From the human T2T-CHM13v2.0 reference genome, Homo sapiens, in assembly GCF_009914755.1 (NCBI RefSeq), contig NC_060926.1: a DNA stretch of 64,000 nt, one strand, 5' to 3'. Positions 14,095-28,032 of the stretch are shown here, in pieces. A model generated the notes under the pieces. It was not told the DNA's origin. It was given only the letters and a program-made list of their open reading frames with translations, and searched no databases. Within the stretch, counting starts at the first letter, position 1, and each line of letters begins with the position of its first letter. A program made the position numbers and the translations under genes.

Positions 14095-14481
14095 ATTTAA
14101 AGGTAAACTAAGGCATAATAAAAGTTAAAATTGTAAAGAATTTATTTGGGCAAACAGTACTTCATGAATCAGGCAATTCCAAACCCAAAGTGGTTGGGGT
14201 CTGTGCTAAGGAAATGCAAGGGGAAGGCTTTTATAGTGTAAACATGAAAGTGAAGCCACTATTTGATGCATAGTTACACATTTTCCTTATTTGGCTTATC
14301 CTGCTAGAAGGCCCGACTTAAGTTTCATTTTTCTTTAATGTAGGCATTTTCAAGAAAGAGTTTAAGTTTACTTCTGTTTGCAAATCTGTAGTAACAAGTT
14401 TAAGGTGACTTTTGAGGCCTAATTAGTTTTATCTGCTCCAGAATTCTTCAGTCCTGGACTCCATATTAATTTACTTTAGCA
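14095..14481 (-). mobile_element. ERV1 MER4-group solo LTR (MER31/MER67-like)
   Basis: Reverse complement begins TGCTAAAGTAAATTAATATGGAGTCCAGGACTGAAGAATT, like MER4-group LTR starts; subfamily uncertain. Confidence 0.55.
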
Positions 14482-14504
14482 ATAAGTTTGAAGCATTCAC
14501 AGCA

Positions 14505-16732
14505 CCTTTCTCCAAGGTTTTGTTCATTTTCTAGAATTCTTTTTTCCTTATTTTTGTCTGATGGGTTAATTTGAAGGACAGGTCATTGAGCTCTAAAATT
14601 TTTCCCTCAGCTTGGTCTAGTCTGTTATTAAGGCTTCCAACTGTATTTTGATATTTCTGTAGTAAAATTTTCAATTCCAGAAGTTCAGTTTGGTCCTTTC
14701 TTAAAATGAATATCTTGTCTTTCAAGTTTTGTATTATTTTATTAGCATCCTTGGATTGGGTTTCAACTTTCTCTTGAATCTCATTGAGCTTCTCTGATAT
14801 CTAGATTCTGAATTCTGTGTCTTTCATTTCAGACATTTGAATCTGGTTAGGTTCCACTGCTGGGAAGCTAGTGAAATGCTTTGGAGGAGAGAAAACACTC
14901 ACTTTCTGAATTGCCAGCATTCTGGTCCTGATTATTTATCATCTGAGAGGGCTGGTGTTTCTTTATCTTTTTGAAATTACTGTCTTTTGGATGGGGCTTT
15001 TTGGTTTATATTCCATTTTTTCCTTTGAAGATTTGACTGTGGTATATGTTGAGTATAGTTGATCAGCTTTATTTCTGGGTGCTTTTGGAGGGCCAAGGCT
15101 TTGTACTGGTTTCTTAGTTGTGGCTAGTTTCCTGACCTGAGTTTCATAGGTGATGTGTGTTGAAATAATTTATTTCTGTTTAGTGGTGTAATCAGGGTGC
15201 AATCCAGTAAATGGTATTCAAGAATAACGGCCAACAGATAGGCTCTTACTCAACTGCATGCCTCTTTTATATTTCAGTGTATTCACAGCAGTGCTTTGGG
15301 GAGGGGGAGATGGGGGACTGGGGGAGAGAGATTATCCCTTTGCCTTAAGTGAGACCCCTCCTTTCACTGCAACTGTGGCCATGTCTCCTCAGCCCCAAAA
15401 TAGGCCCTGGAAGCCTGCAGACCCATCTCCCTTAGGGGAAGCCTGAGCCAAAGATATTTTCACCAGGAGATCTGCAATTCTCTGGAGACTTACTGGTCCT
15501 CTATGGTTGGCAGAATCAGAGCAGATTGTGGAGTATGTCTGTGAGTGGTCTGTTGATGCAGTGGGTCAAGGGCAGATGACTCCCTGTGCAGGGTGATGAT
15601 GTCATGGGTGTGCAGCTGGTGACACCTGTGGCTCATGTTTTTTTGCCCAGCAGACAGATGTGGGGACCATCTAGCTTCTACTCCCCCAACTGAACCTCCC
15701 TCCAGTGTCTGCCCCTGGGGCAGGCCCCGCCAGCTAGATTTTTTTCCAAGACTTCTGCACCCAGATACCTGAGCTGTTAGGTGTTCTGAGCCACAGGGCT
15801 CTCTCAAGTGGCAGCTGCAGCCATCTGACAGGCTATGCCCTTACTGGACTAGTCTTGCAGTGGGAGGCATGCCCAGTTCTCGTACCAGCACAGAAACCTG
15901 TGCCTCACTCTTCTCAGTGTTCCGAGGGTGTCGGCTCCTCCCTGATTCATGTTCAGGTCACAGATCCCAGCTCAGTACTGCTGAATGTGTGCTCAAACCC
16001 TGGTGGATTGAGACTGGGCCTTCAGCTTTGTCCTCTGGTCCCTTGGGGTTGAGCAGAGGCTGTGCTGGAGGTGCGGAACTGCTCCCAGGGTGCAGGTGAA
16101 GCCCTTAGGCAGGGGAGTGGAGGCTGTTCCATGTGCATGCTCTTGTAGGAGTGGCCAGGCACAGGCTGTGGGATGGGCTGGAGGACAAGGGGCTGTGTTG
16201 ATCAGTTGTGTTATGGTTCCATGGGAAAGTCAGTAATGCTTTCTCCAAGCTTAGCAGTCAGCAGGGGCTAGAGTCATTCAGAGCAAGATGGAGAGTCTTG
16301 GGGGATGGGCACCTATGGTTGCATTTTGTTGCAGCTGCCCTGAGTGTGAAACCTGGGCTCCATGAAGTTTCTAGCTCTGCCTCTGCCTGCTCTCTGGGCA
16401 GTACCTCCTGACAATTCAAATGTTTATGTGGGTTGTGAGATCTCTTGTAGCTCAGATCCCAGAGGTCCGTGGTGGTAGGGTGGTGCCTCAGAGTTCTTTC
16501 ACTCACCCCTTCCTTAGGTCCTATTCTGAAGCAGAAGCTAGTCAGCCACTTGGTGACTCTGTACAGGCTTCCCAGCTTTCTCCCTCTTCAACCTCAGTGT
16601 CTGTGTTGCCTCTCTATTGACTTTCAATGTTTTCTCTCCAAAGATCTTTTCAAAGTGTGATGATTTACTTGATGTTTCATTTTATCTGTGTGGGATAGGC
16701 ATTTCTTGGCTACATCTAGTCAGCCATCTTTA
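14505..16732 (-). mobile_element. L1 (L1PA15-16-like) 5'UTR plus ORF1 N-terminal coiled coil, 3'-truncated
   Basis: ORF 14531-14725 (-) QTELLELK...SLNNRLDQAEGKILEL is L1 ORF1p coiled coil; 5' start AAGATGGCTGACTAGATG (YY1-type motif) near 16730. Confidence 0.85.
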
Positions 16733-16900
16733 TTTATCCATGATCTATTTTGTTTATATGTCTTCTTTTTCCTCCTACTTTCCCCCTGCCTCTTCTCCTC
16801 TTCCTCCACCTTTAATCACTAGATTTCTAAAAATGGGCAAGGAGGGTGAGTCTTTATCTCTGAGATATTTTTCTTATAATGCATTACAGATGTGAACACT

Positions 16901-16982
16901 GCAGCCATCAACATTGATGTCAGACCCTCCATCAATAACAAGATTATGACTCCTAAAGGCTTAGATGATTGCTAGCATTCTT
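16901..16982 (+). mobile_element. Tigger1 fragment, inverted copy of 17652-17733
   Basis: 82-nt ungapped match to the reverse complement of 17652-17733 with 9 mismatches. Confidence 0.85.
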
Positions 16983-17012
16983 CAGAGCAAAAATGCCAGA
17001 GCTTCAAAATTT

Positions 17013-17130
17013 AAAAAATTTCAGAGCTTGATAGCCATTCCTTCAAATCAAACCATCAGACAAAAGTAAAGAAAAAAATAATTTAAAAAAAATGAAGCAA
17101 ACCTCCGAGAAATATGGGATGATGTAAAGA
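17013..17130 (+). mobile_element. L1 ORF1 fragment
   Basis: TCAGAGCTTGA...TCAGACAAAA...GAGAAATATGGGATGATGTAAAGA (EIWDxVK region); homologous to the reverse complement of 14507-14603. Confidence 0.75.
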
Positions 17131-17134
17131 TATA

Positions 17135-19850
17135 CAGGCATGCCTCCAAGATATTGCAAGTCCAGTTCTAGACCACTGCAATAAAGTAACTATTACAATA
17201 AAGTGAGTTGCATGTATTTTTTTTTTTGGTTTCCCGGTGCATTTAAAAGTTATCATTAGCCAGGTGCAGTGGTCATGCTTATAATCCTGGGCCTTTAGGA
17301 GACTGAGGCAGGAGGATCATTTGAGGGCAAAAGTTCAAGACCAGCCAGGGCAACACAGCAAGACTCCATCTCTACAAAATTTTTAAAAATTAGCCAGACA
17401 TGGTGGCACATGTCTATAATCCTAGCTACTCAGAAGGCTGAGGGAGGAGGATTGCTTGAGCCCAGGAGTTGAAGGTTACCATTAGCTATGCTTGTGCCAC
17501 TGCTCTCCAGCCTGGAGAACAAAGTGAGACACTGTCTCTAAAAAAAAGAAAAATAAAAGTTATGTTTCACTGTATTATAGTCTATTGAGTATGTGATAGC
17601 ATTATGTCTAACAAAAAAGACACACCTTACATAAAAAGCATTTTATTGCTTAAAAATGCTAGCAATTATCTAAGCCTTCAGGAGTCATAATCCTGTTGTT
17701 GTTGGAGGGTCTGACCTCAGTGTTGATGGTTGCTGATTAATTAGGGTGGTGGTTGCTGGAGGTTAGGGTGGCTGTGGCAATTTCTTGAAATAAGACAGTG
17801 ATGAAATTTGCTGCATCGATTGATTCTTCTTTTCAAAAAAAAAAAATTATCTGTAGCAAGTGATGCTGTTTGATAGCATTTTTTCCAAAATAGAAATTCT
17901 TTCAAAGTTGAAATAAATCATCTCAACCTTTGCCACTGCTTTACCAACTCTGTTTATGTAATATAGTAAATCTACTCTTGTCATTTCACCTGTGTTCACA
18001 GCATCTTTACCAGGAGAGGACTCCATTTCAAGAGACTACTTTCTTTGCTTAATCATAAGAAGGAACTCCTCATCCATTCAAGTTTTATTATGAGATTGCA
18101 GTAATGTATTCACATCTTGAGACTCCACTTCGAATTCTAGTTTTCTTCCTATTTCTACCATATGTGCAGTTACTTCCTTCACTGAAGTCTTGAACCCCTC
18201 AGGGTAATAATCCACGAGAGTTGGAATCAACTTCTTGCAGACACTTGTTAATGTTGATATTTTGACCTTCTCCCATGAATCACAAATGTTCTTCATGGCA
18301 TTTAGAATGGTAAATCCTTCCCAGATTTTCAGTTTTGCTCAGATCCATCAGAGGGATCACTATCTTTTGAAGTTATTGCCTTATGAAATGGATTTCTTAA
18401 ATAATAGGACTTGAAAGTCAACATTACTCCTTGATCTGGGCTACAGAATGTATGCTATGTTAGCAGTCACGGAAACAACACTAATCTCCTTGTACATCTC
18501 CATGACAGACCTTGGGCAACAAAGTGCATGGCCAATGACATAATCTTCTGAAAGAATCTTTTTTATTTATTTATTTTTAAGCGGTAGGCCTAAACAATGG
18601 GCTTAAACTATTCAGCAAACCATGCTATAAACAGATGTGCTGTCACTCATGCTTTGTTGTTCCATTTATAGAGCATAAAGGCAGAGTAGATTTAGCATAA
18701 TCTGAAGGGCCCTAGGATTTTCAAAATGGTAAATGAGGATTGGCTTTAATTTGAAATCAGCCAGCGGCATGAGCCCCTAACAAGAGAGTCAGCCTGTCCT
18801 TTGAAATATTGAAGCCAGACATTGACTTGTCTCTAGCTAGGAAGGTCCTAGATGACAGCTTTTCCAATACAGAGCTGTTTTGTCTACACTGAAAATCTGT
18901 TGTTTAGTGTAGCTACCGTTACCAATAATTTTAGTTAGATCTTCTGGATAACTTGCTGCAGTTTTTACATCAACCCTTCTGCTTCACCTTGCACTTTTAT
19001 GTTATAAAGATGGTTTATTTCTGTAACCCTCATGAACCAACCTCTGCCAGCTTCAAACTTTTCTTTTGCAGCTTCCTCACCTCTCACAGCCTTCATAGAG
19101 TTGAAGTGAGTTAGGGCCTTGATCTGCATTAGACTTTAGCTCAACGCAATGTTTTGGCTTGTTCGATCTTCTATCCAGATCACTAAAATATTTTTCATAT
19201 CAGCAATAAGGCTGTTTCTCTTCTTATCATTTGAGTGTTCACTGGAGTATCACTTCTAATTTCCTTCAAGAACTTTTCCTTTGCCATCACAACTGTGCTG
19301 CTTGGTGTGAGAGACCTAACTCTTGGCCTATCTCAACTTTCAATGTGCCTTCCTCACTAAGCTTAATCATTTATAGCTTTAGATTTAATGTGGGAGACAT
19401 GAGATGACTCCTTTCACTTAAACATTTTGTGGAGGCCATTGTAGGGTTACTAATTGGCCTGTTTTCAATATTATTGTACCTCAGATAATAGGAAGGTCTG
19501 AGACAAGGTAGAGAGATGATGAAACAGCCAGTTGGTGGAATGGTCAGAAGATATATATCATTTATTAAATTTGCCATGTTATATAGGTGCAGTTTGTGGG
19601 GCCTTAAAACAATTACAATACCAACATCAAAGATCACTAGTCACTATAACAGATATAAAAACAATGAAAATGTATGAAATATTGAAAATTACCAAAATAT
19701 GACACAGACAGTAATTGAGCATGTGCTGTTGTAAAAATGGCAATGATAGACTTACTTGATGTAAGGTTGCCACAAACCTTCAATTTGGAAAAAGTCCCTA
19801 ATATTTGTGAAGTGCAATAAAGTGAAGTGCAATATAATAAGGTATTCCTG
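17135..19850 (-). mobile_element. Full-length Tigger1 DNA transposon (Tc1/mariner pogo group), transposase pseudogenised
   Basis: TIRs CAGGCATGCCTC... and ...GGTATTCCTG, TA TSD on both sides; about 2.4 kb after removing the Alu; ORF 18078-18296 ([21 protein letters not shown]) is a transposase remnant. Confidence 0.95.
17258..17553 (+). mobile_element. AluJ nested in Tigger1
   Basis: Dimeric AluJ with GGATTGCTTGAGCCCAGGAG; TSD-like TAAAAGTTAT on both sides. Confidence 0.9.
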
Positions 19851-20789
19851 TACTCAGTGAAAGATTTACTATTTTGATAAGATATATTTATTTGCCAGAG
19901 TACCCTTGGGAAATGACAATTTTAGGCAGATTTACAACTTATTAGTAAAGGCTAACTTCTTTCAGATGGTGTTTAAAAAGACAGGAACTATGGTTGTACC
20001 ATGACCCTTAATTTTGCTGATAATGTAGACATCAGAGAAAGCTCAGTATTCCTAATCCTAGCATGTGCCATATTTGACTCTCTGGCTAAAGCAAAGACCA
20101 CTAACTAGAGGAGTCCCCTCCCTTTAAAGTCTAGCTCTACAAAGTGTTACATTACAAGGCTTCAAATTACCAGTATGGATACCAGAAGAGAGGGAATTAG
20201 GCCAGGAAGTCAGAGTTAATTTAAAAATGTCTGTCTCCATGTTGAGGATGTTGCATAATCATATACCTCAGTTGCTGCTTTGGCTTGCCTTGGAGAACTT
20301 TGGCATTGACTTTAATGAAAAAGATGCTTTCAACATCCACGAGGGCCTTTTTTTTTCCCTTCAGAGTGATCCCTATGCCTATTATAGTTGAGGAAATACT
20401 GGGTAAGTAGGTAGACCCACGGAGGTGAGACAGGACTCCAGCATTTCCCACACAGCCATCAGATGAAGTGATTTCATTTAAACTGTGGTAAACCAGCTCT
20501 GGTATTTCGGAGCCACCTTGCAGAATCCAGAGAATATGACATAAGAGATCAAAATATAGCATGTTTATTTCATGTGTTGTTTACAAGCATGATTGTAGAG
20601 ACATATAAGGAAGAACCGGCATAAATACAAAGGAGCCTGAGCCTTGCCATGTACTGCTTCTATGCATGCCTGGGTGATGTTTCCCAGCTTTGTGTGTAAG
20701 GGGGAAGCAGAGTCTCCATGGCCCCCATTCTCAGGGGTGATTAATCCCTGAGTAAATTCACTGATTTAGACTCTGCCTGGATTAGCATG

Positions 20790-21270
20790 GAAGTCAGGGT
20801 TTGGCTAGTAAAACAGAAAAGACTCTGTTTCTGAGGTATTTAACTCAAGATTAGTACAGGTAATGAAAGAGCTAAGAAGTCATACTAAGATGGGGATAAA
20901 AGAGATTATAAACACTCAAGAAGGTGCCACAAATCCTACAGCAAGGAAGACAACAGTATTATCTAGCAAAAGCAGGGGCGGCTGATATCATCTGAGTACA
21001 TAATGGGGGTATTCTTCAGAGGTGGAGGAGATGCAGCCAACACCAAGACACACCACAGGAAACAGAGAGAAAGGGAAATATATCTTGACTTCTCCCTGCG
21101 TCAAGTCCTTTAATTTTACACCATTGCTTCCCAATCTATAGTAAAACCTATCTAGAAGCTAGAATGGCAGAGGGGCTTGGAGGTATAGCTTTCTATGTTA
21201 CAGAGCTGAGCAGAAGAGGAGGATAGATAGATGGGAGAGCATACTGGCACATTGCATAAAATAAGTGAGC
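20790..21270 (-). mobile_element. Ancient MaLR/ERVL-type LTR remnant
   Basis: Weak resemblance to old LTR consensus (GTCAGGGTTTGGCTAG...AGAAGCTAGAATGGCAGAGG); family uncertain. Confidence 0.35.
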
Positions 21271-21302
21271 AATTTTTTTGGTGAAAACTGAAAGGAAGTC
21301 AC

Positions 21303-21764
21303 TGTGGTAAACAAAATAATTGTCTCCAAAGATATCCCTGTCTTAATCTCCAGAATTTGTGAATATGTCACCTTACATGGCAAAGTAAACTTTGCAGATA
21401 TGATTAAGTGAAGGATTTGAGGATGGGAGATTTTTCTGAATCATCTGGGTGGGGGTTTAGTTTAACCGCAAGTGTCATTTTAAGAGGAAGTTAGAAGGTT
21501 AGAATCAAAGAGGAGATTTGACAATGGAAGCTGAGATTGGAGAGATGAGTTTAAGAGATACAGGAAAAGGCCCTAAGCCTAAGAATGTAGGCAGCCTCTA
21601 GGATCTGGAAAATATCCTCCAGATATGTAGCTCTGCTGACATGATTTTAGCCGTAAGACCCATTTAGGACTTCTGACCTCCAGAACTGTAAGATAATAAA
21701 TTTGTGTTGTTTTAACCACACAGTTTTTGGTAATTTTTCATAACAGCAATAGGAAACTAGTATA
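21303..21764 (+). mobile_element. MLT1D-like MaLR solo LTR
   Basis: TGTGGTAAACAAAATAATTGTCTCCAAAGATATCC...TTCTGACCTCCAGAACTGTAAGATAATAAATTTGTGTTG...CAGCAATAGGAAACTA. Confidence 0.85.
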
Positions 21765-23059
21765 TTCAGTAACACCATGAAAATTGTTTTAAAAAAATCC
21801 AAGAAATCAAAAGCAAGGAAAAAGTATGTTTGAAATCTCAGGGAAAGATATCTATAAACCAAGCAAGTGTTTGTTCATTCTCTCCATTGTAGATATGCTC
21901 TTTTTAAGATCATCAATTATTTATTCTAGGGCCCAGTGTATATTCTTGAGTCTGAACACACCTCCATTCCCCTATTTTTCATCCTACAGTGGGTGTGAGC
22001 GGGGATGAAGAGGACACACACACAGCCCTGGTTGTTTTATAAAAGAATATTGAAGTCAAGTATTAATTGACTTTTTTTATTATTTTACCCTATAATTGAA
22101 GTGCCATGTATCCTTTCCCCCCATCAATATAACATAAAATAATTGCCCAATTAGCAAGAAATTATTTTAGGAACAACTAATTTGAGTATCTGTTAAGTTT
22201 GTACCTAACACTTCGCTCTGTCAGCTGGAATAAAAAAAAAATTAAATGTTAAGAAAAAGATGTGAGAATTACTTACCTTCGCAAGGTCAGCATTTCTGAA
22301 ACAGGTTAAAGCAGGGAAAAAAACAGCATGCCTCTTTGTCAAGACTGGCGTGATAAATGGAAAGGGACAGGGGTGCAATGTGGACAACACAGGATGCGAG
22401 ATGAACCAGAGGAGCATGACTGCCTTTCACTCCCGAGTACTACTGCTTTGCAACTGCATCTGCATCTGTGTGGTAGAGATGTGAAGCAGCTGCTGTCTCA
22501 GTCTCAGGTTTGGTCAGTGTCGGGGTCTCAGTCCATGTTCTCCAGTTTGGTGACTGTGATCACAACTGACAGTACCTGGCACTTTTGCTGTCAGCCTAAA
22601 CATCACGATTAGATATGGAAAGTAGAAATGCTGTGTGCTTATTTCCTGCTGGCTTGGGGAAGAGGGCAGTGCCTAGGTCTGTCTATAACCAAAAAAAAAA
22701 AAAAAAAAAAAAAAGTGGAATTGAGTTCCTTGGCTTGTTTATTGGTGTTGAAGAGAGCAGCAATTCCTATAAAACTTTAATTCTAAGAACAAAAGGCATC
22801 TCTGGCACTTTCTCTCTATCCCTGTATATTTCTATCCCATCCACAACCAGACCTCCCCATAAGAAATCCTCTCCTTTGCCGTGGGTTTCTGAGGGCTGAT
22901 TCAGCCTTCTCCCTACATGAGGGCTTTAAGGTATTGGTTTCCAACCTCAGGTCATGGTTAATCCTCTCAACTTCAGTGTGAATGAGATTTAGCTTGCTTT
23001 TCTGGAGGTGTGATAAGGGTATCATGTTTGAAGATGGCTTAGTTGGGAACAATGTTATA

Positions 23060-23255
23060 TATAAGGACAGGGCTCCCAGTCTTTAAATCTTGGGTCCACA
23101 ATCAGCAATTTACTTCAGCACCAGGTTCCCCATCTATATATAATAATACAGCTGAAAATGTTTGCATTTAACACATAGGACTCTTCTGTGGAATAAATGC
23201 TTAATTGGATGAAAAGTGCTTCAAAGTGTGCCTGGCACATAATAAATGATTTTGG
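23060..23255 (+). mobile_element. MIR SINE
   Basis: GGTTCCCCATCTATA...AAAGTGCTTCAAAGTGTGCCTGGCACATAATAAATG 3' end. Confidence 0.6.
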
Positions 23256-23550
23256 TTGTATTCAATATTCTTATTCTTAAAGGACAAAAACCAATCAGAA
23301 TGGAAGACAAATTGGGGGCCAGGCATGTGTTGATTTTACAAATTGATGAAAAGTGAGTGTTTTATGTTATTTTGCCATAATCTCTGTTCTTTATTTTTTA
23401 CTCTGATCAGCCATGGCTTGAAGTTCAGGGCTGCCTGTTTGCTTAACTTGGCTGTAATTCCTGGCAAAAGCCCTGATGGTGGGGGTTACTAGTGCTATTT
23501 TTGTACATTACTATTAATTTGCTATATTTCTTAGAATATTAATCTGCTAT

Positions 23551-24307
<757 letters not shown>

Positions 24308-27092
24308 CTACTATAACCAACTTATTAATTGATACTTATTATTATGATCTTTGTTTGCAGAAGACAACTAGTATCAATGCACATATGAGAAAATTAAGAA
24401 CAAATCTGACTGCATAAATAAGGTCATAGCATGAAACATTTTCCAATATGTGTGTGTGCATTCAAGAACATTAGTTCCTCTATTTATTCAATAGTCAAAA
24501 CACATAGGGAATGTTTCATAGCCTTTCTTGACTTAGAGGTATATAGTCACATGAAAATGGTTAAGACTGTGAGATCCCCTACAAAAATATTAAACTTCTT
24601 TAATGCAGTGTTTTCCTTGGTAGTAGACAGAATTTGCAATAGATGTATGAGACTAGAAGTCTAGTAACTACTTACTATCTGGGTACCTCAGGTTTCTTAT
24701 TTATTAGAAAAATTCTAGCATTTTTTTTTAACTTCAGAAATCTAGTAAGTCTAGACAATTTAAATCTAGATGTGACTTTTTATTTAATTTTCAAGCAAAT
24801 AGCTAAGGGTTTCATCTTATAACAGACATAACAGGCCACATTCTGTTAAATAATTGAATTGATTTTTTTCCCTCGAGTTGTCCAATGGTTTTATTGAATT
24901 GCAAACATTGACTGCTTATTTTGGATCATTTAAATGATCAATGCCAGTGATTCCTTCATCTCTTCCATAACTCCTCCAGGAAAATGTCCCTTAATATCAG
25001 TGTCATATGTTAGAAAAATACTAGTTCAATTATAATTAGAAAGACCTCTGTTTTGAATATGGTTTGCTTTTAAAAAAATGGCTTCATTTTGACCTTGTTT
25101 TGTTTTGTTTTGTTTTGTTATTTCTTCCTATTCCTCAGCTATGTCTACATACCAACAACATTATACAAATTCCCCCTTTGGTCCATAATCTCATTTACTC
25201 TGGGACCTTTAAAACTTTGTTCTCTTTGCTTAGCCCCAGCTGGCTTTCCTGATTTCCCTCCTGGATACTCATCCTTCCAGTTCCAGATTAGACCTTACTC
25301 CCTTACAAATTCATCATGGTTGCCCTTCCCTTATTTCCTGCTTCTCCCCAATTGGCCTTATTTCTCCGTTTCTGATGGGATCTGTTATCCAACACACGTC
25401 TGTCTGCTCTGTTTTACTGTCAGAGCAATTTCCCAAAAAGCTTTGAAATTTATTTATATTTAAAACTTTTATATTTATATTTACATATATTTATAAAAAT
25501 ATAAATTTTTATATTTATATTTATATTGAAAAATAAAGAAACTAGTGGGTAATTGAAAATCATTAGCAATTCTGGTCTTGATATTATAAACTATATGCTG
25601 GAGACCTAGGTCTATGGACAGAGAACTGAAATAAGAGCTTCTCAGAGGAGGTTCCAGTATTGTAAACAGAGTGTATTTTAAAAACAGAGTTGCAAAGTTT
25701 TCAAAGGAAACTATGCATTGTTAAGATCCTACCTTTTTAGGTTACCTGATTCTAGTTTTTCATTATCTTTAAGCTAGTTTACATTTCTGTGAATTGCAGC
25801 TGATAACAATACAAAAGAATTCTTGTCTATGAACATGCACATTCTGTCAACAGTCTTCCCTTTGCAATGTAGTAGAAACCATTCATGTATTCATTTTAGT
25901 ATTCTAGATCTAAAATGCCTGTTGAACTAGTTGCAATATCTTACCAGTTGCCTTATTAATAGAGTTACATAAAGTCTTTAGCATATGTTAATTTTCCTAT
26001 CTGTATGGAAATCATGATTTTACCACTTTTTAAAAATCATCTTTTAACAACAGCATGCCTTGTATGGTGTAGTTTGAGGAAGAAAAATGGTCTGAATTGC
26101 CTCCTGTATTTGAAATTGTCACATTACTGACTTCTGTAGTGCAAAGCCATCTATAATGTTGGCAAGATCTCTCTCTTATCAGCAGCTCTCCCATAAGCAG
26201 ATGGGATGATACCTCCACAGGCTCTTTTCTTGCAACTTCTCTTGGGTTCTCTGCTGCAGTTTCAATTTTCCTTCAAAGTTTCCCCAAGCCTTGGTTCCTA
26301 GGGTTGCCCTCACAGAAATTCCTTGTAGCTTCCACTCCAAATATGTACGTGCTGTTGACCCCCCACAGGACTCAGTTCACTCCCCTCCTTGCCCATGAAT
26401 ACATTTGGAATAATATATAAATAGGATGGCTCCTTATTCTCAACTCATACAGCGTGGACGATCTATATCAATTATTTCAAAAATACCCTGCAATAGATAA
26501 ATAATTATCAACTATTTCAGGCAATATTCTGCAAAAAGAACTAGTATAGGAGAGCTGAAAGGAAAATTAAAAATCATCTCCTTCAGAACCCTCATTGTAC
26601 AGATGAGGGCACAACTATTTATTACATTCACCGGCAGTTCCATATTTGGGGAGCACTTGACTTATGAATAACTTGTTCTTTTGCGTTGAATTCCTACACC
26701 CTCAAAGGGGCAATCTTTTCTGTTCTTTTTTCTCTAGTTCTGATCACCTGGGGAGTGATTGACCTTAGAAGTGTCATTCTTTATGCAAATTAAAAGAAGC
26801 TTTCTCTTATTCTTATGCAGATAGGAAGTGAATAGGTCCCTGGATTCCTGTAGTTAATAACTTGCTCTCCTTACTCTGAGGAGAAGCCCTTGTTTGTCCT
26901 ACTTTCCAGTGAAGTGCTAACATTTTTTAGGTACTCATGTTTTTAGTTATTAGGAATTTCCATTTAACATTTCTAATATATTTTCCTTAGCAAAGTTTTG
27001 TGGTGATTAGGTATAGCTAAAATAATACAGAAGTGTTAGATTATAGGCATTTCATGTTTGAGTAGAGCTTTTTGGACTGAATTGAAAATTAT

Positions 27093-27758
27093 TGTAAACT
27101 AAATTTAAAATTGAAAACCCTTACCTGCTGAACAGACCTTCTCTTAGCCAAAGGGGACCCCAGAGAAACCATAAAAAGTGAGTTCCTGGACCTGAAGGAA
27201 AGCAGATGGAACACACCTCATTATGCCCCTTCCCTTTTGGAGTTTAGGCACAACTACTGACTAGTATTAATGTTAAAACAGTGATCATAAGGCTGACAAA
27301 AGAGACTCTTTGTGGCAATAAGATTACAAATTATACACAAGACCTAAGGCATGCAAGTCAAGAGTCAAGTTCCATCTGCAGGCCATCATCCTTGCCACAT
27401 AACATCCTTATGTTAACTTAAAACAGTCCTTTCTGCTGACTCAAGTTTTAGACAGAGCTTTACTCCTTTATCCTATTGCAAATTAAAGAATCTCTCTATT
27501 CACCTATAACCTGAAAGCCCCACTTCAAGATAGCCCACCTTTTCAGGCCAAACCAATGTATACCTTCCATGTATTGGTTTATGTCTTTGCCTGTAATTAA
27601 CTCCTGCCTCCCTGAAATATATAAAGCCAAAATGTAATTTGGCTGTGTCACTTGTTAATGGCTTCTTGGATTTGTGTTTCTCTGGGCTGTGGTCACTCAT
27701 ATAGACTCAGAATAAACTTCTTTAAAGTGTTTTACAGAGTTTGGTTTTTTGGTTAATA
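27093..27758 (+). mobile_element. MER4-family (MER4D/E-like) ERV1 solo LTR
   Basis: TGTAAACTAAATTTAAAATT start, CAGAATAAACTTCTTTAAAGTGTTTTACAGAGTTTGG end, 4-bp TSD TTAT on both sides. Confidence 0.8.
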
Positions 27759-28032
27759 TTATCATTAATAACATAGTTTTGTTGGTTTCTTTTTTTATTG
27801 AGAGAAGCCTCCTAAATACCAACTATTCTTCGTAAGAAACTTAGAGACAAGTGTTTCTATTCTTTTCCATTCTCTCTTTTTCAATTGTTTTCTTCATTTC
27901 TCTAAACTATTTAACTCATTTGTTTCCGATCTCCTCAACTAAATTTCAAGCTTCTTGAGGACAGGGCTGAAAAGTCATCTCAATGTGAGTCTATGCTGCC
28001 AGTGCTTAGGGCTGGTTCTTACAGACAGTATG

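Noticed and set aside
24650-24770. Cluster of CTAG/TCTAGA palindromes
   Set aside because: No periodicity or long stem; compatible with chance or a decayed repeat.
25455-25530. AT-rich quasi-palindrome TATAAAAAT-ATAA-ATTTTTATA
   Set aside because: Expected in low-complexity AT sequence and too short to imply a stable cruciform.
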